From the NCBI RefSeq assembly GCF_964204865.1, contig NC_135252.1, forward strand, positions 7,812,001 through 7,876,000: a stretch of DNA of 64,000 bases, in the 5' to 3' direction. This DNA comes from Styela clava (taxonomy: Eukaryota). Below are positions 52,901 to 64,000 of this stretch, piece by piece (position 1 is the stretch's first letter; each line of letters starts with the position of its first letter). The notes below the pieces were generated by a model, which saw only the letters and a list, made by a program, of their open reading frames with translations, made no database searches and had not been told where the DNA came from. Made by a program: the position numbers and the translations under genes.

Positions 52901-55900
52901 CATACATTGTATTACAAGTATAGTTCTATTTTAAAGCATACTATATAGGTACATGTCACAAGGGCGTGCTTGTACTAATAAAAATCACTATTCTCTTTGA
53001 GATTACAGGTTCTGCATGTTCACTGTGCATAGTCTTAATTTGACTGTTACCTATTATACTACAAGGACATTTATTTAACTGTAGATTCAGATATTTGAAC
53101 ATTCGAATTATTTGCACTTTCATTAAAATAAAGCCCATATACAGACTGTGTTTTGATTCGCTTTAGCTGCTTATTTACTCATTTTTATCGGATCCCAAAA
53201 TGCTCCATTGCGAACTTCGCCCAAATGAAACCCCAAAGAAGGTGAGCTTGCTGGAGTTGTTTTTATTCGATCAAAACGCTCTGCAATGATAGACGTTCCC
53301 CAGCATTGAAAGACAAATGCTTTGTTTATTTGGACGTCGCCGATTGTGGAATAGACCTTGATATATTTAACCACAGTCGCCACAGATTCTTTTGTTCTAT
53401 AGAATACGGTATGTTTCGGGTCGCATGGCACGACGAAAGCCATGTCAAGTGTAAAACTTCAAAGAGAGATTAAATATAACCGTATCGGCTGCCGGTCACG
53501 CCTTCCGATCCTTAATTTTCAACAACAACAAGAGCAATGGTCAAGTGTACTGTCGAAACACAACAAATCCATACTTATATTTATTATAAGTAATTTGGTT
53601 AATCGTACGCAAATCATGCGGTGTCGAGAAGCGTTATTTCCTTCGGCACATTGTAGTGATCAAAATACAAGTAGATTCGATTTTCATTTTTTACAGTAAA
53701 ATATGATAATAACTTCGTTGGTATGCTACTACAGGAAGCGAACTTCTAGATCCGATTTTTAATAGTCAGTAACCCATAACGAAATAACGTGCAACCGGCA
53801 CTTTCCTCGATGAAGGGTTTAATGTGGCATATTAGTCTGCAACGGATGACCTATTTCGGCGAATTCTCGATGAGGCGGGCAATTTGCGATTTCATTTTCA
53901 TTCAATTTTGGTGGTCTATAAATTTTACGCTATTATAATAATATAAGCTACGAACCATAATGGATATTGAAGAAACAGCTCCAATTTTTTTAATAGAATG
54001 CGTGTGACTCCTGGGAATATCTCGCCAAAACACGCGAATGCTTTCTAATGTATCAAAAAGAAAATTCCCATTCTCAATGTCGCTGCTTATCCTGTCAAAG
54101 TTTGTCAGAATTCAAACTTTGTTGCGCATTGAATAATGTCCAATGTGACTTGTCAGCGACTGTCTATGTATGGGCCATAAAATATGGTCACGGTCAACTA
54201 TAATATACACATATTGACTTTATAAATGTCTGTTATCGAAAACGGCCTCTGATAAATGTATATCTTTTATCTTGCTATCAACTTACCAGGTTACGTCGCC
54301 TGGGATCGTCTATTGAGAGTGCGTCAAGAACGACTCGTGGGCTCATTCTTGACACCGTTGTACACGAATTTACGTTAACTTCGTTTTCCCCGGGGTCCGT
54401 CTATCCCATTTTAGTATAGTCAACGATGATAAAAAAGAAAGATCTCGCTCATCTTATTTTAAACTCCTATTATAAGCATATGATTCTATTGGAGACTCAA
54501 ATGACAAATTATTATACAATATTTCAGAAGCAAATTTGAGCCACTAAAATTATTCCATGTTGAAATATTAAAATACGTCTAGGCTGCCCGATCCAGAGTT
54601 CCGGTTTGGGGTTTATCCGTGATATTCCGACAAGGTTCTTTCTGTATTTCCATATCCACCAAACCACTCACATAATATCTTTACTGTCCTTATGTATATC
54701 GCGATGTTCTTGGTAAGGGAAAGAGGGATGCCAGTGTTGTGACAGCCAACGTGTACCACGACCAAGTTTCGATATAAATCACCCCATTTATGACGAACAG
54801 ATACGTCAAGATTTTTTAATCTGGGATTTTCGTATCACGACGCATATTTGATTCATGATAATTTTGGCTATTTTCGAAAATAATGACATTCATATTTTTT
54901 ACCGGAGGCGTAATTCTTTTAACATAATTTATAAATTATATATTGGGTGGGCGTTAACACTGACATACCGTTACCGTTTACGTTTATAATCTAGTTTATC
55001 AGCGTCATTTCGCACTAAAACATAGTGTGAACTTATTGAAATCTATTTTACGTAATGGAATTTTTCGCCGTCTTCATCGATTGAAAAATTTGAACAGGGT
55101 GGACAATTAAAAGGATATAAAAACCGAAATAACTCATTGGCATACCTTTTATAGTTGAAGCTAACCATAGGTTAGCACCTTTATACACCTTTATATCAAA
55201 CTGAGACTATATCAGAAATCTTCTTTTTTTGAACATTGGTCATGTGGATCTCACTACCTTAAAGCTGTTTTCCTGATCTTATTGACTTGAACTCAAGTCT
55301 CGCGTCAACCGGTATTTACCGGATCGTAATACACCACCATAATCGGTTCTAAACATTTTCAGTTTGTCGTTTTCGCTTAGAAATGGGTCTATTTAATTCT
55401 GAGTAAGTGCGTGTGACCTTGCTTTGAGAAAATTATCTTAAAAAATAAGAAATCTTTTAAATCCCATTTATAGATTGGACATAATTGTCCTATTTTTAGA
55501 AATATTTATGTTATTTTTAAATGGCTGGTAGACCTTTCTTCGCTTTTGTGTAACTGCCTCTTATTTACATCCTGACAGTGGCTTTCGGTCAAGCATGATA
55601 TTAATATGACGAGGAAAAAAAGAACTGACCTCGAATTAATTTAGTAATAGATTACTGTCAATGGGCATCGGCGGGTTTTCACACTCACCCGTGAATCCTT
55701 TAGGACTTCACGGTTCGCCCGAAGTCACGCACTATTTATTTAGATTACCAAAGTACCGTACGATAGCTCACACAGACATAACATCGAATCTTATTATGTC
55801 ATTTCCAGGATTCTAGGGGCTGTGAAGAACTTCAAGCTATATTGGGAAGACGGACAGCATTTTGTTGGTGACAAAAGATTTGATAAGTGAGTCAGATTTT

Positions 55901-58900
55901 ATTTTCGCATATTTTGAACAAAGGTTCATTGTGTATTAGTCTGTTAGTCATGTAAATACAATTAATATGAAATTATTGGTGTTCGACTGACTCGGCAGAT
56001 GTTTACGAAATACTTGAATGGTCGATTATAAGCCATAGAAGTATCATGCCTCTTCATATTTGATAAAACCACTCAATGTCGATAAATGCCAACCTTGTGC
56101 TAGTGAGATAATTTGAATTTTGACGAACCTTATGCATTTTCAACATTTCGAAGTATTACGCGTATTTTTAGTTCATTGCGTAAGGCTTTTTGCGCCTTAG
56201 GAATGTTTGTCGTTTTTGTGCGATTATTTATATTTTCTGACACATTATTTTGTCTGGTAGATAAGAGAGTTAAATTTGTTCTAATTGAAGCGGAGAAAGT
56301 TGATACTGTGGTCGTGAAATCATGGATTGGGGGTTCATTTTGTGAAGGTGGTGTAAATATTTCCAAATTTATCGATTGTGAAGTTTAAGAGGATTACTTG
56401 ATTTGGAAGTTTCATGGAGCACCAGACAATGTATTATTATAAACTAAGTAGTTTTTTTAAAAGCTATCGATTTGGTTTCGTTATAACGCCCATGAAACTC
56501 ATTTCCTAAGTGCAGTAAAAATATTATCAAGTTCTCAAATCATCTAATAAAAGATATAAAACAGTAACCATGTTATTCAAAACCAATCAAATTTATATAT
56601 CCAAGTGAAAATTTACTCAACGAAACTTTATGATCCCCCTGATGTGTACTTTTGACATCTGTTATATGGAACTGTCGATTTTTCAGTATTTACGACCTTG
56701 TTGAGGATGGTCTTATCACAATGTACGTTGAAGAAAAAGCTCACGATTATATTCAGAATATGGCGAAAGATAGATCGGTGTATTCCAGCTTGAGCAGGTA
56801 TTGATTTGATTCTCTCCATTCAGTCATATAAAAGTCGTTAAATATACCATATTTTTTGATTGAAAATAAGCCTCAGAGACAATTAGACTCATGTTCTGTA
56901 TTTGATTTCTTAAGTCGCGCTATCTAATACGTTTTATTCCTTGAAATATATGAAATTTTTTCGCTTTGTACATTCAAATGCTATCCTCTCACAGAGCCAG
57001 ACAGCTACTGACACAGCACCTACCAAACTATGGGCAACTTGTTCCACCGGTTACAAACGATAGAAGAATGAGTCCTCGTCGTGTTCCTTCAATTCGGAAT
57101 TCGCCGCGGCACGCTCACAATGGAAGGAACACGGAATCAGCCGCATTACCTTACACACACTACCAAAACCAAGCCGCGATTGACCAATATAGTCAAGCGA
57201 GTACAGCGGCACTAGAAAACCAAATGACTGCCGCTCGTATTATCACAGAAGAATCACCGTACTTTCAAGACTCATCGTACTCTAATCCAACTCACGGTAT
57301 GTTTTCGTAGAATTCTAATTTTAGACGAAATTTTTAACTAACGAGATTAACTTGACCATCCTCTATTTTGCAGTTGGTAGCAGTAGCAACAGTATGATTC
57401 ACAATTTGATGTGCAGTCGAGCTCAGACGTTCAATTCAGAGTCGTTTCAAAACGGTGGACTTCGAGTTGAATCAAACGGAGGAACGAAAAAGTCTCTCAC
57501 CCCTACTTCGTCCGACGAACGAAAACGTCCTAGAGCTAAAAAGGTCGCCACAGAAGAAACTGTTCAACAGCATCATTACGAAGCCTATAATCAATTAGGG
57601 CAAGGATCTCCAATGCATGTGAGGCAGCCTTCTCCTATGGCGACTTACGATCACAGTCGAACACCGAGCAATAGCAGTGGATCAAACACGGACAGTGAAG
57701 GGCGCAAACGATATCCTAGCAAACCAAACGTTCCGATGCATCTGCAGAATAGGCCATTTCACCAATCGGTACCAAACGCTTCTCCGCAACGATCACCAAT
57801 GATTCGGAACAATTCAGACACTCAGCTAACGCCGTCTTCCAGCTCCTATCAATGTTCTATGCCAGCTCAACACACACATACGAATGTAGCTCACGTGAGG
57901 CAACTTGGAGGAAGCCAAGGCGGCAGATGTATCGCTAATATGTCAAATGTTCCAGCGCATGTTAATTTATCAGCAAACGGTAGACTAAATAGCGCAGGTC
58001 AGTCGCAATTTTTCATGATTATCATGCAGTTACAGTAATGTAGGGTTGTAATGAAGATTTATTTCTTATTAATATACCTCACTGACAGTCAGGAATAGTC
58101 GGTTAAGTGAATATGCGCTCCTAATCGTCCATTTCTATGGTCTGTTAGTATAGAAATCGGGTTGGATTTCAGAGCCGATACACATGCTTCTTAAATGAGG
58201 CCTCACACTTGATGCGAAACTGGGAAATTCAAGTGTGTGAACTTCACATAAGAAGTCTTACTTGTTTAACAATCTTATGCAATTTTACTTTGAAAAAGGC
58301 GCAAATTTAGTTTTAGTATTAAATATGAATTTGCACTTTGTAATTCTGTTCAGGGTCGGAAGATAAAATCGTACTGGACGCAAACGACAATCAGATGTAT
58401 TTAGGCACTGCCACGCCACAATCAAGATCACAACTGAATCACAGCCCAAGTCGTGCTAGAAGCAGTCCCCGGCATCAGGGGTTCGATTCGTCTTCCGGAA
58501 GTGATGCGATTCCGGCCAAAACGTTTCATCAATTGAAAATGTTCCAAAAAAGATTAGAAGAAGGTGGTCTCTTACATTTCATGACATTACTGATACTATT
58601 AGTAGGACATGCATTTTATTTTAGCATACCTTGCCTTGCCCAACCTGGTCACAAACTAAAGTGTGTTGTATTGCCCCTACAATTTTGTCGTGTCTTATTA
58701 TTCGCTTTGTCCTTTGAGTATGAGAAAACGAGGTCTGAGTGTTAGTTTTTATAATAGTTATTGAAATTCTGTTTTATCCAGACTTTTACTACATGTGTTT
58801 TGAAAACATTGTCAGATATGAAAACTACTGTATTTATCAAACAAGAAAGGAGGGTTAAGAATGAGTCAATCAACTAACAAACTGCCTAATGCAAGAATAG

Positions 58901-61900
58901 TTAACTAAAAACAAAAATAGAAACGGGATTATAAACTGAGTTTCGATAGAATTTTTCAAACGATTGAATAATGAATTCTTAGTACAAATAAGAAGAAATC
59001 TGGGTCTCCAAGCTATATTCTGAAAACCATACCTATTACCACCCTAAGAAACCCCAAATAGTGCAGTAGTAATCGTAGATGCATAGCTTTTTTACTTACA
59101 TACCAATCAAAACTCTATTTTCTTACCTTTTCGACAATTTCATCTGTGTATAACTAAAAAGTAATTGGCTTAGATTTACTGTTTATAAAATTTATTGCGA
59201 GACCGCGCAAAACGACAAGCGACCGTTAGTGAACTTGACGTAACACGGACCGAGTAATTGGATTATCTTTCCGGTTTGACACTAACGCTGAGATGATATA
59301 AAGTCAACATCGACTCTTGTTTACATAAACCATTTTACAATTTATCGCTGATTTTAAATTGGTACTTTAAAATTGAACTAGTGTGAGATATGGCCATTAC
59401 AGACCGCATGTTATTCACATTCCATGTAAAGTTCTGGCGTGATTTCAATGCAAAAACGGATAATGGTTTTGCAACTGAAGCGCGCGACCAATCGATTTCT
59501 TAAATGTTATCGCCCTCCGACCCGAAACGATATCTGGTTTAGTGACAGAAATCGAAGATTCTTGTTTAAAATTGTTTTATTTTTTAAACAGTTTGGTTTC
59601 TCTGGCAAACCACTTGTTGTATATTCTAATGCTGTATTTCATGGTCTATTTCATGCCTATTATGTAAAGGCGATAAGTGTAATTCCATCCATTGATTTTT
59701 CTTTATCTTATTGAGCAAGGACGTAGATTTAATTTTCTGTTTGTTCAATTCGATGGCGTGTATTTTATTCCCAAAACTCAACATTATCTATGGAAGACCC
59801 TTTCCACTCTATTTGTTTTATTCCTCATATTTAACTTTTACAGCCTCTGACGACGATATAAGAAAAGAAGCGCAAGACGAGGTCAGCACTTTGCGAGGAC
59901 ATCACAAGACGCCAGTAAGGTTGACGAGAAGTCACACCACTGCTGGCATGATGCCTATTGTCAGGCCACATAGTGGCGGAAAGGCGCCACCAAAACAAAC
60001 CCCAAGAGATATTCACTGTCGTCAACGGTCTGAACCGGTCGAATTGTTTCAGAATCATCAAAATTCTCCAAGGAGATCGGCAAGGTGAATACTTGTAACT
60101 TGACACAAGAATGTTTGAAACTGTCCCAAACTTAACGGAAATGATGTTGTAGTATGTGTCAGTTATGGCATTGCGTAAATAATATTTGAAGAGGTTGAAA
60201 CTAAGCCTTAGCGTTTTTTGCCTAGCAAAATTACACCTTGGTTTTTCAAATTATTGCACCCACTAAACGGCAATGTTGAAAATCTCATAAATCTCATAAC
60301 ATAAAATTGCAGTGAATCATTTCTGAAATTCCTTAATGCTATATGCAAATAATTATTAAAACGACGCCTTTAAACTAACAAGTTTCAAAGTTTTTTTTAT
60401 AGCACTGAGCCACTGAAGTATGTTATTTTTCTCGTTTAAACTTGTACCTAAACGTTTTGTCACAATTAGACTGAATATTTAAAAAAAACTATTTTATTTT
60501 TGTTCCAGCGTTTTGAACAGCGGAGTTCAAGATAGTGCTACTTATCGGCAACAGCAAGCATCTAGAAACATCCGGGAACAATATTTAACGACAGAGCAAA
60601 ATTTAATTTCTGAACTACGGTAAGCATGATTGTATTCAAAAATTCACCAATTTTAACGACCTATCGCGTTAACTTTTGTATAAAAGGTTATTGCATTGCT
60701 CACGTTCAACGTTTATCACTATTAATGAATTCTTTATTGCATACATTCTACCAATTCAGCGAGTAAACTGATCGAACATTAAACGCTCTGCTTCTGTTTG
60801 CATTTCGGCGACAGATTTACACCGATCTGTTTGTCATTTGTCGCCACTAATTACCTTCATGATGGCAGTTTTGATCTCGTCAATTATGTTGTCTGACATC
60901 GGACAAACAGCAATCCCGGATAGCTATCCTATCTCAGCTGGAAATGGATTGTAAAGAATTTACATTCACCTGCACTACCAAATACAAGGGCTATTCCAAG
61001 TGACTCTACAGAACAATTCCAGAAATTTTGCATGTTGTTAGATGCAATATGTTTTACATTGCTAGCTACATGTTTTGTATTATTGTCCAATCAGTTGCTT
61101 TATGGGGCTTCAACGAAACTGCACAAAAGTTTTAAACACAAGACTTAATTAGTGAATATAAAATATGTAATAAAATATAGCGTGACTCTACCGGACAGCA
61201 AATCCACCACGCATTAACGTTTCATTGTGTTGTGTTGTAAATTGTTGCGCTGGTACCGCGAGAGCCCTTAATATTTTCTGGTGCAGTAACTGGAAGACCC
61301 TCTTATGTGCCACCCAAGTTACCCAATGTAACACTGTAGATCTATGACGATAATGTGCACATTGTACGTGACTCTATTGGACGTGACACTATTGGACATT
61401 TTTCCACTTCGGAACAGCGGCTCATCATCTCATAGAATCCTAACAATAAATAGGTAATGACATGTCCTATACCACTGCAAACACCTAATCTTTATTAACT
61501 TGAGACCAGTGCATCTTTTTGAAATGAAATAACTGTACCAAACAACCAAACACTTTTTGTTACGAGTCATCACAAAAAATGTCAATTGTATCAAAATTTC
61601 TACATTTCAGGCCATTTTGTGTAAACCATCAAAAACCTGGGTGAAATTTAAACTTTTTCCATGAAATGAATGCAGTCCAATCAAATTCTTTGATATAGAA
61701 ACTACAAAATTATTCCTTTCATGCACTTTTTAAAAAATTGATGAAATTCGACATTTACTTGGAATGGCCCACAAACGTACGTGCTTGTACTGAACGCGTA
61801 GGCTCGGTTGCATCAAGTCTCTACTAGAAAATTGCACTTGATCGTGTGTAGCTGCCTTGCAAATCACCCTGTCAATGCGGCAGCCCAATAGCCATCGATT

Positions 61901-62678
61901 CAACTCGTCCATATTGCTAACTTGCACAGACAGTCATTGCACTTCTCGATTCCTTTCTGTGTTACGCTTCGAACAAAATTATCTTAAACGTGAGATAATT
62001 TGCTTTAGTGTAATATTTTGGCAATCGGTTTTAGGAAACATCTTGGCGTATCATATGACCGTTTAATGAGCTAAAATTGAACTTTTATGCATATAATTGC
62101 GCAGTATTCGTTCCCTCCGAGACCGCCCGTATTGCGATCTAAGCGCGGTTTGTGACAAGACAATTTGAAGGATGGTGATTAATAATACTTGGTAAACTTT
62201 ATTATGTGAAAAAATTAACTTTTAGTAAAATGTATTTTAGCGCCGCAAGTGGTGGATCATGTGATTCAAGTTTGAGTAGCATATCGATGGGAAGTTCACA
62301 ACAGCAGCAACAGCAGACGTTTTATAAGGTATTTACGTTACAAATTTATCAATTTGGTTGCTCAAAAAAAACTCTGTTCTTATTTAATGTAATTAAATCA
62401 CAAAATTCGTTCACCCGCGGGAATTTTTCGCATAAAATCCTTTTTATGTACTTAATTTTCTCCGGGCCAAGCATGAGCATCCATATCTTTGTTTTTGTTA
62501 TACCTGTTATGTTAAAGTTCCTTCGCTATTTTCTATGAGTAAAATGAATTGGATATTTACTTTATTTTCCCGCAGTCTCCTGATTCAATAAGCCGTTTGT
62601 CGTCTGAAGAATGGACAGGAGAGGATAGAGAGAGTTCTCCATCGCCACACAGCACAAGTCAGCGAAGCTGTAGTTCAG
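34872..62678 (+). CDS. CHN1/CHN2: Chimaerin (SH2-C1-RhoGAP family), 5' partial: 12 coding exons, ~708 aa in the window; gene continues past 64000
   Basis: Exons 34872-34923, 36401-36459, 44994-45139, 55809-55886, 56687-56797, 56995-57296, 57374-57997, 58354-58563, 59844-60084, 60509-60619, 62241-62328, 62576-62678, all GT-AG and phase-consistent. The spliced peptide [18 protein letters not shown]...[16 protein letters not shown]...FLIRESQ...YTLVLR...[39 protein letters not shown] matches the chimaerin N-terminus and SH2 signature. Confidence 0.92.
36401..36459 (+). CDS. CHN1/CHN2: Chimaerin coding exon 2 ([20 protein letters not shown])
   Basis: ttttacag / GTATGA; corresponds to the chimaerin LYQLQQEAP motif. 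Confidence 0.92.
44994..45139 (+). CDS. CHN1/CHN2: Chimaerin coding exon 3, SH2 N-terminal half
   Basis: [48 protein letters not shown]; long T-tract acceptor, donor GTAATG. Confidence 0.95.
51293..51650. mobile_element. Intronic copy of the interspersed repeat at 5466-5904 (opposite orientation)
   Basis: GGACAC...GGATCGTTTTGGTATTATGTTGTTGTTG, ATGACGTCATC, GTACCGGTAGACTACTG, TTTTCGTGTCCATA. Confidence 0.55.
55809..55886 (+). CDS. CHN1/CHN2: Chimaerin coding exon 4, SH2
   Basis: [25 protein letters not shown]; tttccag / GTGAGT. Confidence 0.93.
56687..56797 (+). CDS. CHN1/CHN2: Chimaerin coding exon 5, SH2 C-terminal helix
   Basis: [36 protein letters not shown]; ttttcag / GTATTG. Confidence 0.93.
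56995..57296 (+). CDS. CHN1/CHN2: Chimaerin coding exon 6, low-complexity linker
   Basis: Open frame, phase 2 to 1, ctcacag / GTATGT. Confidence 0.85.
57374..57997 (+). CDS. CHN1/CHN2: Chimaerin coding exon 7, S/P/Q/N-rich linker
   Basis: 624-nt open exon, phase 1 to 1, ttttgcag / GTCAGT. Confidence 0.85.
58354..58563 (+). CDS. CHN1/CHN2: Chimaerin coding exon 8
   Basis: [17 protein letters not shown]...QKRLEE; acceptor gttcag; the donor GTGGTC is weak, so the 3' boundary is uncertain. Confidence 0.75.
59844..60084 (+). CDS. CHN1/CHN2: Chimaerin coding exon 9
   Basis: [10 protein letters not shown]...SPRRSA; ttttacag / GTGAAT, phase 1 to 2. Confidence 0.85.
60509..60619 (+). CDS. CHN1/CHN2: Chimaerin coding exon 10
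   Basis: [36 protein letters not shown]; ttccag / GTAAGC, phase 2 to 2. Confidence 0.85.
62241..62328 (+). CDS. CHN1/CHN2: Chimaerin coding exon 11
   Basis: [29 protein letters not shown]; attttag / GTATTT, phase 2 to 0. Confidence 0.8.
62576..62678 (+). CDS. CHN1/CHN2: Chimaerin coding exon 12
   Basis: [34 protein letters not shown]; tcccgcag / GTACTA, phase 0 to 1. Confidence 0.8.
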
Positions 62679-64000
62679 GTACTAAAAAATGTATTTGTCA
62701 TTCTAATTTTTCATGGATGGTGTTCAAACCAATCGTACGAATTTCTAATTTTGTCAACCAAAAAGTAATTTCAGTTCTGTACCTAAAATTTAGGAATTAG
62801 GTAAGATCGAAAGTTGGATTGTGTGCTTTTTATAACTTTTCTTTTTGGTATGTGAAGGTATATTTAATCCTTGCTCATAAAAATTGGTTTTTACTCACGT
62901 ACAAAAATACCACAAAAAATTTGAATTTTTCAAATTTTTGGATATCTATTCTATCATCATTGTTATCGGTGACGCTATCTTGTATTTACCAATTGTACCT
63001 GTCCTCTATGTGCACTGATGTGTTTTTCTTATTCTCATATTACTAAACTCTTAAAATAAAGCTACAAAAAAAATTCTGACTTTTGGACTTTTTGCATTCC
63101 ATTATCATATAACTGAAACGTATCTACATAATTCATATTCTTGTATTTCCTATTGGATGATTCGTTTGTAGTTACAACAAAATTTTTGTAACTTTGACGT
63201 AATTTTCCAAAGCAAAGTGTTAGCATTGTTTTGACACAAGGTCATAGTCATAAGCGAAGGGTGACATATAATCTCTCAATACAAAACAACATGTCATAGG
63301 TAAAATTGTTGCAAAATAATCAAATTTGAACTTGGAATACGTTAAAATTCCACTTGAAGTTATGGCGGGTTTAAAAAAAAACTAGTGGAAATAGTGACGT
63401 TGTCTATTCACATTGGCAATGGCCATCGTAATCGACAGCTCTGCTCCGATAAAAAAGTTCAACTCGACTATCTAAAAAAATTGTGGGTATTCTCATCGAT
63501 ATGACATCATGGGTTGTGAGTGCGCTGTTTTCCTTAATGATTCACATTTGCAATAATTAGATTTACTACTGGTCGAATCATCGCTGGAAATTTTTTAATG
63601 CGGTAACCAATATTCTATATAAAACTTTCCCTTCAATAACAAAACATGTTATCAATATGACTGACGCAAAATCAATGCAAAACACATCGCTAGTTTGAAG
63701 ATCTAAGCAAAATACCACCACATGTTTCTCTTCTAATCGGCTTGACCAAAGTTTTCACATAAGAGTGCTAGAAACAATCATAGTTGGACTGAAATTAAAG
63801 TAAAGTCGATCCCCCGTTCTCCCAACAAGGCTCCGAACAAGCAACAAACTACTATTATATAGTGGTTATTACTTTTTGTATGGAACTTCACGGATAGTTT
63901 ATCCTAGGTTGGGCTTCTGTTATCATATACCTCGCAAAACTATAGTTTATACTTATTTTAAATCTGCCCATCCCTATAGTAAATATAAATACATACAAAA

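Larger units (their letters stand above)
42809..54820 (-). pseudogene. Candidate nested antisense multi-exon gene or pseudogene of unknown family within chimaerin introns
   Basis: Minus-strand AG...GT-bounded segments at 54672-54820, 54287-54400, 53179-53396, 48221-48352, 47595-47643, 46839-46886, 46123-46215, 44681-44774, 44416-44585, 43788-43939, 43133-43252 and 42809-42988. Six consecutive ones (46886 to 43133) are phase-compatible but contain two in-frame stops. Confidence 0.4.

Noticed and set aside
56130-56366. Thr-rich, N-glycosylation-site-rich minus-strand ORF as first exon of the nested gene
   Set aside because: It starts at TTG with an in-frame stop shortly upstream, has no ATG in frame, and its phase does not link to the next candidate exon.

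Overview
AT-rich eukaryotic (metazoan) genomic DNA with GT-AG introns. It is probably a marine invertebrate, possibly an ascidian; this is an inference from composition, intron size and repeat content, not established. Three zones. (1) 564-2404: a small four-exon, phase-consistent orphan gene (144 aa). (2) About 5.4-32.4 kb: a dense island of decayed and nested repeats. It holds a ~1.3-kb-unit higher-order tandem array with a fold-back palindrome, two Helentron-type HINE-like elements, several hAT elements with 8-bp TSDs, a long-TIR element with a 7-bp TSD, a degenerate GalEa-type copia retrotransposon interrupted by a Tigger-type MITE, and a frameshifted Buster-type hAT transposase. (3) 34872 to beyond the window end: the 5' part of a chimaerin gene (CHN1/CHN2-like), with 12 phase-consistent coding exons. 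They encode the chimaerin N-terminus, the SH2 domain and an unusually long (>560 aa) low-complexity linker; the C1 and RhoGAP domains are not reached. On the minus strand inside the large chimaerin introns there is a chain of splice-site-bounded, mostly phase-compatible exon-like segments, suggesting a nested, apparently decaying antisense gene of unknown family. I see no prokaryote-type system (CRISPR, operons, rRNA or tRNA).
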